DNA from: Methylovirgula sp.
Lineage (GTDB): Bacteria; Pseudomonadota; Alphaproteobacteria; Rhizobiales; Beijerinckiaceae
Direction of reading: 5' to 3'
Length of the DNA: 50,228 nt
Assembly (NCBI GenBank): GCA_031291555.1
Contig: JARLIV010000133.1
Location: 1 to 50,228, forward strand
How positions within the stretch are numbered: position 1 is the first letter of the stretch; every line of letters starts with the position of its first letter. Below, one piece after another: positions 30,294 through 40,305 of the stretch. Under the pieces are notes generated by a model. It was given only the letters and a program-made list of their open reading frames with translations. It did not search any database and was not told the origin of the DNA. The translations under genes and the position numbers were made by a program.

Positions 30294-30761
30294 ATGAAGA
30301 AAGCTTTTGTGCTCGTGGCCGGTTCGGCCGCGCTGTTGTTTTCCTGCGTATCCGCCTTCGCCATTGAATCAGAATACAAGGCGACGTCGACCCACCCCGT
30401 CGATGCCGTCTGGGCGAAAGTCGGCGATTTCTGCGGCATCGCCACCTGGCACCCTGCCGTCGCAAAATGCGAGCTTTCGCACGGCAACAAGATCCGCACG
30501 CTGACGCTGAAGGGCGGCGGCACGATCGTCGAACGGCTGATGAAGTGGGACAAGACCGGCCATAGCTACACCTATCGCATCGTCTCGAGCCCGCTGCCGG
30601 TGAAAAAGTATATTTCGACCATCAAAGTGGTCGCCGACGGGTCCGGCTCCGACATCATCTGGAGCGGCAAGTACAAGGCCGTGAAGGGCACGAGCGATGC
30701 CGATGCCAAGAAGACCATCGACGGCATCTACAAGGCCGGCGCTGACGCCCTGGCGCAGTAA
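30294..30761 (+). CDS. Secreted SRPBCC (polyketide cyclase 2) protein, MxaD-like
   Basis: Signal peptide ending AFA; VWAKVGDF..IATWHPAV, RTLTLKGGGTIVERL and YTYRIVSSPLPV. Confidence 0.8.
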   Translation: MKKAFVLVAGSAALLFSCVSAFAIESEYKATSTHPVDAVWAKVGDFCGIATWHPAVAKCELSHGNKIRTLTLKGGGTIVERLMKWDKTGHSYTYRIVSSPLPVKKYISTIKVVADGSGSDIIWSGKYKAVKGTSDADAKKTIDGIYKAGADALAQ

Positions 30762-30784
30762 GCCGCCTTTTTCTCGCGACGCGG

Positions 30785-30823
30785 CGCTCTCCCCGGCCCG
30801 GCCGTGGAGAGCGTTTTCTTTTT
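30785..30823 (+). terminator. Rho-independent terminator after the SRPBCC gene
   Basis: CGCTCTCC...GGAGAGCG stem followed by TTTTCTTTTT. Confidence 0.75.
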
Positions 30824-30829
30824 ACGCCC

Positions 30830-31828
30830 TCACCGCGCCGGGAATTCCATCTTGGCGATGAACCCGTGCGGCTCGCCGTAGGGCGGCTGCGGAAACGGCG
30901 CGGCGCGGCGGACGGCGGCGACGGCCTCGCGATCGAATTCCGGATAGCCACTGGTGCGATAAAGTTCCGTCTGAACCAGCCGCCCGGTGTCATCGATCCA
31001 GAAGGCGACCACGACCTGGACATCGTCGTGGACGATCTGCGTCGGGAAATGGCGCTGGCGCATGATCAGGCCAAAGAGGACGGACAGATAGCGCATGTCC
31101 TCCGTGCCGCCGGAGACCGGTGAAACCTCGGTCTTGGCGGCGAAAGTGTAGTTCGGCGACGGCATCAGCGACGCGAGTTCGCGCGCCACGGCGCCGGCCT
31201 CGTTGTCGGGCAGCGGTGCGCGGCGCTTCGTCTGCCGCATCCGCACGGCGGTCTTCTTGTCCTTGATCGGGGCGGCTTTCGACAGCGCCTCGGCATCCTT
31301 GTCGTCTTTCTGCTCCTCCGGCGATGTCGTCTGCTGCGCCGCCTCAGGCGCCGCGTTCTGAGCGGGCTTCGGCACCGGGGGGGTCGGCTTTGTGTCGTTG
31401 GCCGGTGCGGGCTTTGCCATCACCGGGGCGCGAGTCTGGTCGTCGGGCGCCTCGCGCTTGATCGTCTCTTGGTTGGGGGCGCGTGGCGCGTCGAAGGCGG
31501 GTTTCTCCTCCCGCTCATATTGCGGCGGCTTCGGCTTCGGCGGCTCGGGCTTCTTCTGCTCCGGCTTCGGCGGAGGGGGTGGTGGCGGCGGAGGCGGCTG
31601 GACGATGATCTGAACCGGAATCTCCTTCTCTGGCTGCGCGATGTCCTTGTCCGGCTGGTCATTCAGAAACAGAAACAGCAGAACCGTCAGGTGCAACAAC
31701 AGGACAGCAAACAGCAGCTGCGGAAACCGGCGCCGTGCCCTGCGCCAAAAAGGATCGGCCAGCGCGAACAGCCGGTCTTCCGGCCGAACCACCAGGGTTT
31801 CCTGGGAAAAAGAAGGCACGTCTGTCAC
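30830..31828 (-). CDS. TonB family energy transducer
   Basis: Single TM helix with His (LLLHLTVLL), Pro/Lys-rich spacer and TonB_C motif SGYPEFDREAVAAVRRAAPFPQPP. Confidence 0.8.
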   Translation of the reverse strand: MTDVPSFSQETLVVRPEDRLFALADPFWRRARRRFPQLLFAVLLLHLTVLLFLFLNDQPDKDIAQPEKEIPVQIIVQPPPPPPPPPPKPEQKKPEPPKPKPPQYEREEKPAFDAPRAPNQETIKREAPDDQTRAPVMAKPAPANDTKPTPPVPKPAQNAAPEAAQQTTSPEEQKDDKDAEALSKAAPIKDKKTAVRMRQTKRRAPLPDNEAGAVARELASLMPSPNYTFAAKTEVSPVSGGTEDMRYLSVLFGLIMRQRHFPTQIVHDDVQVVVAFWIDDTGRLVQTELYRTSGYPEFDREAVAAVRRAAPFPQPPYGEPHGFIAKMEFPAR

Positions 31829-32156
31829 AGAGCCGCTTTCACCTTGCCGGGCCCGGAAATCTTTCGCCAGCCTGCGCTCTAAATCAGATTCGGCGCACGC
31901 CCATCAGCCGCCCCTGCCCAACCTTTTGTCACATCCCGCCGCGCGGCGACAAGCATACCGAAAAATCAAACGTCTTCATGGCTTTAGAACAACCCTCCGG
32001 CAGCTTGACAGTGGCAGAGGGCATTTTTATGGTGCCGCCGCTTTCACCGGCAAAGCGGGGTCCGGCAAGGCGCGGCGCGTCTTCTCGTCCATCTCGCTTT
32101 TTGCGCCGGAGCACATTATAGAGCGCCAGTCCCGCTTCCAAGAAGGCGGATTGGCG

Positions 32157-32540
32157 ATGGCAAAAGGCGAGGGTTCGGACGACCGGGGCAAAGCCGGTCA
32201 CACCAGCGGGGGGCACGACGCGGGCGAAGACGCCGCCTTGCAGGCGCGGCTTTCCAGATTATCAAACGCACTCGAGCAGCATCAAAATCCGGCTGGGCCG
32301 GATGGGATCAAAGTGCCGGAGCTTTCCGGCCAAGAGCTGAGTGCGTCAAATCTTGGGTTTCGTGTGCTTGTCGAGTTCTTTTCGGCGATTCTCGTCGGAA
32401 CGCTCATCGGCTGGCAAATCGACAAATGGGCCCATACAGGTCCGATCTTTCTCATCATCTTCCTGCTCTTGGGGATGGTGGCGGGGCTGGTGAACATTTA
32501 TCGGATCGCGGCCGGCCCGAAGCCGCCGCGCGCCGGGTGA
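32157..32540 (+). CDS. atpI: ATP synthase protein I (AtpZ/AtpI family)
   Basis: EFFSAILVGTLIGWQIDKW..TGP.FLI.FLLLG..AG..N; directly upstream of atpB. Confidence 0.85.
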   Translation: MAKGEGSDDRGKAGHTSGGHDAGEDAALQARLSRLSNALEQHQNPAGPDGIKVPELSGQELSASNLGFRVLVEFFSAILVGTLIGWQIDKWAHTGPIFLIIFLLLGMVAGLVNIYRIAAGPKPPRAG

Positions 32541-32600
32541 AGGCAGAATAAGCGCAGCGCCGCGGCGCCGCGGACTGGTTTAAGGGGTGCAGGTTTCGCA

Positions 32601-33344
32601 ATGGATCCTATTCATCAATTTGCTGTCGAGCCGTTCGTGCCTGTGCATCTCTTCGGGCTCGATGTCAGCTTCACCAATGCTTCGTTGTTCATGATACTGG
32701 TCGTCGCGCTCGTCAGCATCGTCATGCTGATCGGCACGTCGCAGCGTTCGATCGTCCCAGGACGGCTGCAATCGGCTGCCGAAATGTCTTACGAATTCGT
32801 CGCCTCGACCGTGCGCATGACCGCCGGCACCGAGGGCATGAAATTCTTCCCGCTGATCTTCAGCATCTTCATGTTCGTCCTGGCCTGCAACCTGCTCGGC
32901 CTCCTGCCCTTCAGCTTCTCGATCACCAGCCAGATCGTTATCACCTTCGCGCTGGCGATCGGGGTTATTCTTGTCGTGATCGCCGTCGGCGTCTCCAGGC
33001 ACGGCCTGCACTTTCTGAAGCTGTTTGTGCCGTCGGGCGTGACGATATGGCTTTTGCCGTTCATCGTCGTCATCGAGGTTATTTCCTTCCTGATACGGCC
33101 GGTAACCCTCTCCGTTCGTCTCTTCGCCAACATGCTGGCGGGCCATATCACGCTGAAGGTGATGGCGGGTTTCGTCGCCGCGCTGCTCGGCGCCGGTGTT
33201 GCCACGTGGATCGTCGCACCGCTGCCCTTCCTCGCCAATGTCGTACTCTTGGGCTTCGAACTCTTCGTTGCGGTTTTGCAAGCCTACATCTTCACCATCC
33301 TTTCTTGCGTCTATCTCAACGACGCAATTCATCCGGGCCACTGA
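32601..33344 (+). CDS. atpB: ATP synthase Fo subunit a
   Basis: DPIHQF, PGRLQS, LSVRLFANMLAGH and LQAYIF. Confidence 0.97.
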   Translation: MDPIHQFAVEPFVPVHLFGLDVSFTNASLFMILVVALVSIVMLIGTSQRSIVPGRLQSAAEMSYEFVASTVRMTAGTEGMKFFPLIFSIFMFVLACNLLGLLPFSFSITSQIVITFALAIGVILVVIAVGVSRHGLHFLKLFVPSGVTIWLLPFIVVIEVISFLIRPVTLSVRLFANMLAGHITLKVMAGFVAALLGAGVATWIVAPLPFLANVVLLGFELFVAVLQAYIFTILSCVYLNDAIHPGH

Positions 33345-33399
33345 ATAAAGAGCGCAACAACAGATCGGTCGCCCTTCAATACATGCAGGAGTTTTGAAT

Positions 33400-33657
33400 A
33401 TGGTAGATGCAATCGCGAGCCCCGGCGAAATCGTCACGGCGGGGAAATATATCGGCGCCGGTCTCGCGGCGGTCGGGACGGGTGCCGCGGCTATCGGCGT
33501 GGGTCTGGTCTTCGGCCACTTCCTGTCGGGCGCACTCCGCAACCCGACGGCGTCGGATGCGCAGTTCGGTCGCGCCTTCGTCGGCGCCGCCTTGGCGGAA
33601 GCTCTCGGGCTTTTCGCCTTCCTCGTCGCGCTGCTGCTTTTGTTCGCACTTCATTGA
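33400..33657 (+). CDS. atpE: ATP synthase Fo subunit c
   Basis: KYIGAGLA, loop ALRNP and proton-binding Glu in ALAEALG; ATG at 33400 follows AGGAG. Confidence 0.95.
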   Translation: MVDAIASPGEIVTAGKYIGAGLAAVGTGAAAIGVGLVFGHFLSGALRNPTASDAQFGRAFVGAALAEALGLFAFLVALLLLFALH

Positions 33658-33665
33658 TTTCAACG

Positions 33666-33692
33666 GCGCGAGCTGCTTCCGGCGGCTCGCGC
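33666..33692 (+). other. Intercistronic hairpin after atpE
   Basis: GCGCGAGCTGC-ttccg-GCGGCTCGCGC, an 11-bp stem with one G-U pair. Confidence 0.6.
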
Positions 33693-33717
33693 TCCATTCA
33701 TTTTGCAGGACTCGAAA

Positions 33718-34263
33718 ATGGCAGAAGGTACGGCCCAAACAACAGCCAGCCAGGCCCCGCCGGCTCCGGCCAAGCAGCAATTTCCGCCGTTCGATACGAC
33801 CAATTTTGCGTCGCTGCTGATCTGGCTCGCGCTGACCTTCGGCCTGCTCTATTGGCTGATGTCGCGCATTGCTCTGCCGCGCGTTGCCGGCATCCTTGAG
33901 GCGCGCCACCACAAGATCAATACGGACGTGCTGGCCGCGCATGCCAAGCGCAAGGAGGCCGACCAGGCCGCCACCGATTATCAGAAGACGCTGGCCGATG
34001 CCCGGACCAATGCTCAGGCGTTAGCGCAAGATACGCAAACGCGCCTCGCCGCCGAGGCTGACGCCAAGCGCCATGCGCTTGAAGCCGAGCTCAACGCCAA
34101 GCTTGCCGCCGCCGAAAAGCAGATCGAACAGACGAAAGCCAAGGCGATGGCCAATGTCGATCAGATCGCGCGGGAGACCGCCGCGGCCATTGTCGAACAC
34201 ATCACCGGCAAGCCGGCCGATACGGCCGCCATCGCCGGCGCCATCGCCAAGCTCAAAGTATAA
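33718..34263 (+). CDS. atpF2: ATP synthase Fo subunit b'
   Basis: FPPFD..NFAS.L.WLALTFGLLY..MSRIALPR followed by an Ala-rich coiled coil. Confidence 0.93.
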   Translation: MAEGTAQTTASQAPPAPAKQQFPPFDTTNFASLLIWLALTFGLLYWLMSRIALPRVAGILEARHHKINTDVLAAHAKRKEADQAATDYQKTLADARTNAQALAQDTQTRLAAEADAKRHALEAELNAKLAAAEKQIEQTKAKAMANVDQIARETAAAIVEHITGKPADTAAIAGAIAKLKV

Positions 34264-34279
34264 GAGCGGAGCCGCCCCC

Positions 34280-34765
34280 ATGCATTTCGATGCCGAGTTT
34301 TGGGATTTTATCGCCTTCGTCGTTTTTGTCGGCTTGCTCGGCTATTTCGGCCTGCATAAAAAGATCGCCGGAGCTCTCGACGCGCGCAGCGCGCGAGTGA
34401 AGGCGCAGCTCGACGAAGCGATTTCCCTGCGCAAGGAGGCGGAGGATCTGCTCGCCTCTTTCGTCGAGAAGAAGAAGCAGGCGGAAGAGGAAGCCAAGGC
34501 CATCATCGCCCAGGCGCAGGTCGAAGCCGAGATCATCGCCAAGGAGGCGCATGTGCGCGTTGCTGATTTCGTCCAGCGGCGCACAAAGCAGGCGGAAGAC
34601 AAGATCGCCTCTGCCGAAACGCAGGCGCTGGCTCAAGTGCGCAATGCCGCGACCGACGCCGCGGCCAAGGCCTCCGAGATCGTCCTCAAATCGCAGGCGC
34701 AGGGCGCCTACGGCGACGAACTCGTCGAGCAGGGCATAGCCGGCCTCAAGCGCCTGTTGCATTGA
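34280..34765 (+). CDS. atpF: ATP synthase Fo subunit b
   Basis: AEFW..IAFVVF TM helix, LDARS.R...QLDEA..LRKEA and AEDKIASAE. Confidence 0.93.
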   Translation: MHFDAEFWDFIAFVVFVGLLGYFGLHKKIAGALDARSARVKAQLDEAISLRKEAEDLLASFVEKKKQAEEEAKAIIAQAQVEAEIIAKEAHVRVADFVQRRTKQAEDKIASAETQALAQVRNAATDAAAKASEIVLKSQAQGAYGDELVEQGIAGLKRLLH

Positions 34766-34924
34766 GCACAGAGCGCCCGCGCCCGGCCATGAAAAGGTCG
34801 CGGTCGCGTGGCTAAAGGCGGGGGTGCGGATCGGCGCGTTGATTTTCCGCTGCGGGCGCGGTTCAGGCCTCGCCCTTGCGCGGGCCCTTCATCCAGCCTG
34901 CAGGTTCCGCCCGACGAGGTTTGG

Positions 34925-36097
34925 ATGAAGCGTTCCCCAGGCCGGATTTTCGTCTTCGCAGGCTTTGCCGGCGCGGCTCTTGCCGCGACCGCGCTGTTTG
35001 CGGCATTTTCCGGCGCGGCTTTCGCCCAGGGCTATGATTGCGCCGGCCTGCGCGCGCAGATCGCCGCGCTCGATCAGACCAATGCCCGTGCGAACCCCTA
35101 TGCCGGGACGATCCGCAGCCAGCGGGCGGGCCTGCAGCGCACCGCGGACTATGCGCACAAGATCGGCTGCGACCGCCAGCAATTCATGTTCTTCGGCTCG
35201 CCGCCGCCGCCGCAGTGCGGCCAAATCAACGCGCAGATCGCACAATTGCGGGCAAGCCTCGCACAGCTCGAAGGCAGCGCCCGCAGCGTCCTCGATTCGC
35301 CGCAGCGCCGGCAGATGGTCGCCAGCTACAACGCTTATTGCCGTCAGCAGACGGCGACGCAAGGCGGCTTCCTGGGCGGCCTGTTCGGCGGCCCGACCCA
35401 GAACAATGCGCCCGACGTTTCCGACATTCCCGCGCCCGATGCGCTGCCCGGGACAGACCTGTCCGGACAACCGACCGGCGGCTCCGAAATGCTCTGCGTA
35501 CGCCATTGCGACGGCGCCTTCTTCCCAATCACTGACGCGCCGGGACGCGACCAGGAGACGCTGGGGGACTTTTGCAAGGCCTCGTGCCCGAATGTCGAAG
35601 TGAGCGTCTATTCGCGCGTGCCGGGCCAAGAGATTCAGACGGCGGTCGGGCTCGACGGCAAGCCCTATATGAGCCTGCCGGCCGCGCTCAAGTACCAAAA
35701 GACCCTCGACCCCACCTGCACCTGTCGCGCGCAGGGCGCCACTTGGGGCGATACTCTGGCTGGCGCGGAAGCCATGTTGAGCCACAGCAAGAAGGGCGAA
35801 TTCGTCGTCACGCAGCAGAAATCCGACGAGATGGCGCGCCCAACGACGGCGACCCCGGACAAAAAGAAGAAGCGCGCCCCGGCCCCCGCTGCGGACGACA
35901 CCAGCGATCAGGACATCATTAATCAGGATGCCGCAGCCGCCGCACAAGTGCCGACCGCGAGCACCGATTCGGCCGGAATTTCCGCCGGCGGCGTCAACAA
36001 CCAGACTTCTTATCCGCAAGGTGCTGGGCAGACGACGGAAATCACCGGCGCCGACGGCGTCAAGCAGCGTGTCCGGATAGTCGGGCCTCAGCCTTGA
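34925..36097 (+). CDS. Secreted DUF2865-domain protein
   Basis: Signal peptide, coiled Cys-containing N-terminus, [19 protein letters not shown] and [10 protein letters not shown]. Confidence 0.8.
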   Translation: MKRSPGRIFVFAGFAGAALAATALFAAFSGAAFAQGYDCAGLRAQIAALDQTNARANPYAGTIRSQRAGLQRTADYAHKIGCDRQQFMFFGSPPPPQCGQINAQIAQLRASLAQLEGSARSVLDSPQRRQMVASYNAYCRQQTATQGGFLGGLFGGPTQNNAPDVSDIPAPDALPGTDLSGQPTGGSEMLCVRHCDGAFFPITDAPGRDQETLGDFCKASCPNVEVSVYSRVPGQEIQTAVGLDGKPYMSLPAALKYQKTLDPTCTCRAQGATWGDTLAGAEAMLSHSKKGEFVVTQQKSDEMARPTTATPDKKKKRAPAPAADDTSDQDIINQDAAAAAQVPTASTDSAGISAGGVNNQTSYPQGAGQTTEITGADGVKQRVRIVGPQP

Positions 36098-37409
36098 CCC
36101 GGCCGATCAGCGGCAGCAGGGCGGCAAGTTCCGGCCCCTGCTCGCGCCCGGTCAGGGCCAGCCGCAGCGGATGGTAAAGCGCCCGGCCCTTCCGGTTCGT
36201 TTGAGTTTTCAACAGATTTGTCCATGCGGCCCAGGTGGTCTGGTCCCAGGGCTCCCCCGGCAGGATCGTGCGGGCCACGGCGATAAAATCCGCGTCTTCG
36301 ATGGCCGGGGTGATCGCCGCGTCGACGACGGCCCACCAGATCGCGATATCGCCGAAAGCTTCCAGATTGCCGCGCACGGCGAGCCAGAAGGGTTCCGCCT
36401 TCGGCCCGCTGATGCCCGCCGCCGCGAGACGCGCGGCCGCCGCCGCAAAGCTCATCTGATGCAGCGTGCGCGCGGAGAGGGTTTTCAGCTCCGCCGGGTC
36501 GAACCGCGCCTGATTACGGCTGACATGCGAGAAATCGAAATCCGCGGCGAGTTCGTCGAGCGACTGCACGGGATGAACCGATTCCGAAGTTCCCGTCAGA
36601 ACCGCGCAGGCAGCGACCGCCAGAGGTTCGATCCCCTCCTCCCGAAGCGTACCGATCGACAGCGCGCCGCTGCGCTTCGAAAGCCCCTCGCCGGAGGCGG
36701 TCGTCAGCAGGTTGTGATGGCCGAAGACAGGCGCAGCGCCGGGGCCGCCAAGCGTCTCGAAGAGCTGGATCTGCACAGCGGTATTGGTGACGTGGTCCTC
36801 GCCGCGGATGATATGGCTGATCTCGAGGTCGAGGTCGTCCACGACGGAGGGCAGCGTATAAAGATAGGTTCCGTCCTCCCGCACCAGCACCGGGTCCGAC
36901 AGGGAGGCGCAGTCGATATGGCTCGCGCCACGGACGAGATCGTCCCAGTGCACAACCACATGCTCGAGCAGAAAGCGCCAATGCGGGCGCCGTCCCGCCG
37001 CCTCCAGCGCCGCGCGGTCCGCGTCCGTCAGGGTCAGCGCGGCGCGATCATAGATCGGCGGCAGGCCGCGCGCTTGCTGGCGCTTGCGCCGGCGCTCCAG
37101 TTCCTCGGCCGTCTCGTAGCAGGGGTAGAGCCGCCCGGCGCCCCGCAATTTCGCCGCCGCCGCGTCGTAAAGGGCGAACCGCTTGGACTGGTGAACGATT
37201 GCATCCGGCTCAATGCCAAGCCATCTGAGGTCTTCCTCGATCGCCTGGGAATATTCCTCTTTGGAGCGGGCCACATCAGTGTCATCGAAACGCAAAATGA
37301 ATCGGCCACGGTCTTTCGTTACAAAAAGAAAATTGATGAGCGCCGTGCGGGCATTGCCGATATGGATTCGGCCAGTGGGCGAGGGGGCAAAACGGACAAC
37401 GGGCGGCAT
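36060..37409 (-). CDS. gltX: Glutamate-tRNA ligase
   Basis: [28 protein letters not shown] and KMSKS-like GLSKR. Confidence 0.95.
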   Translation of the reverse strand: MPPVVRFAPSPTGRIHIGNARTALINFLFVTKDRGRFILRFDDTDVARSKEEYSQAIEEDLRWLGIEPDAIVHQSKRFALYDAAAAKLRGAGRLYPCYETAEELERRRKRQQARGLPPIYDRAALTLTDADRAALEAAGRRPHWRFLLEHVVVHWDDLVRGASHIDCASLSDPVLVREDGTYLYTLPSVVDDLDLEISHIIRGEDHVTNTAVQIQLFETLGGPGAAPVFGHHNLLTTASGEGLSKRSGALSIGTLREEGIEPLAVAACAVLTGTSESVHPVQSLDELAADFDFSHVSRNQARFDPAELKTLSARTLHQMSFAAAAARLAAAGISGPKAEPFWLAVRGNLEAFGDIAIWWAVVDAAITPAIEDADFIAVARTILPGEPWDQTTWAAWTNLLKTQTNRKGRALYHPLRLALTGREQGPELAALLPLIGRVKAEARLSGHAA

Positions 37410-37547
37410 GATCTTCCTTTCGTTAACGGCCTACCCTCGCAACCGCTAGACCGCAAGGCTGATGCTCGGTTGCAGGTTTCGACGCCGCCGTTGGATTGCG
37501 TTCGCGGGCCAATGTGGGCAAACTGAAAAGGTGCGGAGGCGCCGCTG

Positions 37548-38681
37548 ATGACGCTAGCCTGGGCCCTGGCCCTTATCTGTTTTGTTCTTGTCGTCCTCAA
37601 TCTGATCAGTGACGGCATTGCAATCCGCAATTCCAAGCCCCGCGCGACGCCGCTGCCGGCCGCTCCGGATGCGCCGGGCGTGTCCATCGTGCGCCCGTGC
37701 TGCGGCATCGACAATTTCTGCGAGGAAACGCTCGGCTCGAGCTTCAAGCTCGACTACCCTTCCTATGAGGTCATTTTCTGCGTCGCCCGCAGCAACGATC
37801 CGGTCGTGCCGGTGCTGCAAAAGCTGATCGCGGCCAATCCCGCAGTTCCGGCGCAGTTGATCATCGGCGACGAACGGGTGAGCGCCAATCCCAAGCTTAA
37901 CAATTGCGTGCGCGGCTGGGAGGCGGCCCGGCACGAATGGGTCATCCTCGCCGATTCCAACGTGCTGATGCCGCGTGACTATATCCAGCGGCTCCTCGCC
38001 GCCTGGCAGCCGACGACAGGTCTCGTCTGCTCGATGCCGCAGGGATCGCATCCGCAGAACCTGTGGGCCGAGCTCGAGATCGCCTTCCTCAATACTTATC
38101 AGGCCCGCTGGCAATATGCCGCCGACGGCGTCGGCACCGGCTTCGCCCAGGGCAAGAACATGCTCTGGCGGCGTGATATTCTGGACGACGCGGGCGGCAT
38201 CCGCGCCCTCGCGGCGGAGATCGCCGAGGACGCCGCCTCGACCAAAGTGGTGCGCGCCGCGGGCCTCAATATCAATCTCGTCGACAGCCCCTTCCCGCAA
38301 CCGCTGGGCAAGCGGACGCTAGGGGATATCTGGAGCCGCCAGATTCGCTGGGCGCGCATGCGGCGCAAGACGTTTCCGCTGCATTTCCTGCCGGAGCTTC
38401 TCTCCGGCTCCGCGACCCCGGCCATCATCGGCGCCTATGCCGCCGGTCTCTTCGGCGTTACGCCGCTGGCCGGGGCCGCGCTGGTTCTCGCCGTGCTCTA
38501 TAGCGGCGAGACGGCGCTCGCTCTCTCCAACAGGTGGCATTTCTCCTGGCGCCTGCCATTCCTCTTCCTGCTGCGCGATCTGATGTTGCCGGTCGTCTAT
38601 GCCGATGCGTGGCTCGTCAACGATTTCGTCTGGCGCGGGACGGAAATGACGATGCGCGAAAAGGAACGGCCGAGCACCTGA
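37548..38681 (+). CDS. Ceramide glucosyltransferase-like GT21 (HpnI-related)
   Basis: VSIVRP, NPKLNN, ADSNV, AED and RQIRW motifs; N- and C-terminal TM helices. Confidence 0.85.
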   Translation: MTLAWALALICFVLVVLNLISDGIAIRNSKPRATPLPAAPDAPGVSIVRPCCGIDNFCEETLGSSFKLDYPSYEVIFCVARSNDPVVPVLQKLIAANPAVPAQLIIGDERVSANPKLNNCVRGWEAARHEWVILADSNVLMPRDYIQRLLAAWQPTTGLVCSMPQGSHPQNLWAELEIAFLNTYQARWQYAADGVGTGFAQGKNMLWRRDILDDAGGIRALAAEIAEDAASTKVVRAAGLNINLVDSPFPQPLGKRTLGDIWSRQIRWARMRRKTFPLHFLPELLSGSATPAIIGAYAAGLFGVTPLAGAALVLAVLYSGETALALSNRWHFSWRLPFLFLLRDLMLPVVYADAWLVNDFVWRGTEMTMREKERPST

Positions 38682-38715
38682 AGCGACGCGCGGCCGCCCC
38701 GGCGCGAAGGATCGC

Positions 38716-38743
38716 CGCCAGTCTGCCGAAGGGCGGACTGGCG
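38716..38743. terminator. Hairpin between convergent genes, possible bidirectional terminator
   Basis: CGCCAGTCTGCC-gaag-GGCGGACTGGCG; no clear U tract. Confidence 0.45.
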
Positions 38744-38769
38744 CAATGAGGCGCAACGCTTGAGCTAAG

Positions 38770-40155
38770 CTATTCCGCGGCCACTTCCGCTGGCGGGCGT
38801 TGCAGGCGCTCGGCCTTCAACAATTCCGCCACCAGGAAAGCAACCTCGATCGCCTGCTCAGCGTTGAGGCGTGGATCGCAATAGGTGTGGTAGCGGTCGG
38901 AGAGATCGGATTCCGAGATCGCCCGCGCGCCGCCGGTGCATTCGGTGACATTCTTGCCGGTCATTTCGAGATGCACGCCGCCGGCATAAGTGCCCTCGGC
39001 ATGATGCACGGCGAAGAAGCTGCGGATTTCGCTCATGATGCGATCGAACGGCCGGGTCTTGTAGCCCGAGGCCGCCTTGATCGTATTGCCGTGCATCGGA
39101 TCGCAGGCCCAGAGCACATGCCGGCCCTCGCGCTGAACGGCGCGGATCAGCTTGGGCAGATGATCGCCGATCTTGTCGGCGCCGAAGCGGCAGATCAAGG
39201 TGAGCCGGCCAGGCTCGTTAGCCGGATCGAGCCGGTCGATGAGCTGGAGCAGGTTTTCCGGCGTCAGCGACGGACCGCATTTGAGACCGAGCGGATTTTC
39301 GATGCCGCGCAGATATTCGATATGCGCGTGGTCGAGCTGGCGCGTGCGGTCGCCGACCCAAAGCATGTGACCGGAGGTGGCGTAATAATCGCCCGTGGTC
39401 GAATCGACGCGCGTCAGCGCCTCTTCATAGCCGAGCAGCAAAGCCTCGTGCGAGGTGTAGAAATCCGTCTGCCGCAATTCCGGATGCGATTCCGGATCAA
39501 GCCCGATCGCCCGCATGAAACCGAGCGTCTCGGTGATGCGATCGGCCAGTTCCTGATAGCGCGCCGACTGCGGGCTGTCCTTGATGAAGCCGAGCATCCA
39601 GCGATGCGCATTCTCGAGATTGGCATAACCACCCGAGGCGAAGGCGCGCAGCAGATTGAGCGTCGCGGCGGATTGCCGATAGGCCATGAGCTGGCGCTGC
39701 GGATCCGGCGTGCGCGATGCCTCGGTAAAGGCGATGTCGTTGACAATATCGCCGCGATAGCTCGGCAGCGACACATCGCCCTTCTTCTCGAAAGGCTCGG
39801 AACGCGGCTTGGCGAATTGCCCGGCGATGCGGCCGACCTTGATCACCGGCAGCGCCGCACCAAAGGTCATCACCACCGACATCTGCAGGAAGACGCGGAA
39901 GAAGTCGCGGATATTGTCCGCTGCATGCTCGGCGAAGCTCTCGGCGCAATCGCCGCCCTGGAACAGGAAGGCCTCACCCTTCGAGGCCTTGGCGAGCAGA
40001 GCCTTCAGCTTGCGGGCCTCGCCGGCGAAGACGAGCGGCGGGAACGAGGCGAGCTGACGCTCGACATCGGCAAGCGCCTGCGCGTCCGGATAATCCGGCA
40101 CCTGTTCAATGGGCTTTGTCCGCCAGCTTTTCGGCGACCAGGGTTCGAGAGGCAT
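38770..40155 (-). CDS. Class II DAHP synthase
   Basis: [30 protein letters not shown] and CDPRLN. Confidence 0.96.
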   Translation of the reverse strand: MPLEPWSPKSWRTKPIEQVPDYPDAQALADVERQLASFPPLVFAGEARKLKALLAKASKGEAFLFQGGDCAESFAEHAADNIRDFFRVFLQMSVVMTFGAALPVIKVGRIAGQFAKPRSEPFEKKGDVSLPSYRGDIVNDIAFTEASRTPDPQRQLMAYRQSAATLNLLRAFASGGYANLENAHRWMLGFIKDSPQSARYQELADRITETLGFMRAIGLDPESHPELRQTDFYTSHEALLLGYEEALTRVDSTTGDYYATSGHMLWVGDRTRQLDHAHIEYLRGIENPLGLKCGPSLTPENLLQLIDRLDPANEPGRLTLICRFGADKIGDHLPKLIRAVQREGRHVLWACDPMHGNTIKAASGYKTRPFDRIMSEIRSFFAVHHAEGTYAGGVHLEMTGKNVTECTGGARAISESDLSDRYHTYCDPRLNAEQAIEVAFLVAELLKAERLQRPPAEVAAE

Positions 40156-40305
40156 GACACGATCCGAAGCGCCGCAGATGGCCGGCGCGATGCAATTGAC
40201 GAGACCGAATTTATTCAGCGGCTGCTGTTAACACGATATGTGACGCTTGGCGACACTCGTCAACCAAGCCGCCCACGTAAGCCTATATTGCTGATTTATA
40301 ATAGT

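Noticed and set aside
31540-31600. Low-complexity GGC/GGT-rich tract
   Set aside because: It encodes the normal poly-Pro/Lys spacer of TonB.
31641-32156. N-terminal extensions in the ORF track (atpI here; also pabB, gor, gph, atpF, sdhE)
   Set aside because: They lack family similarity, and downstream starts match the expected protein N-termini, mostly with SD-like sequences.
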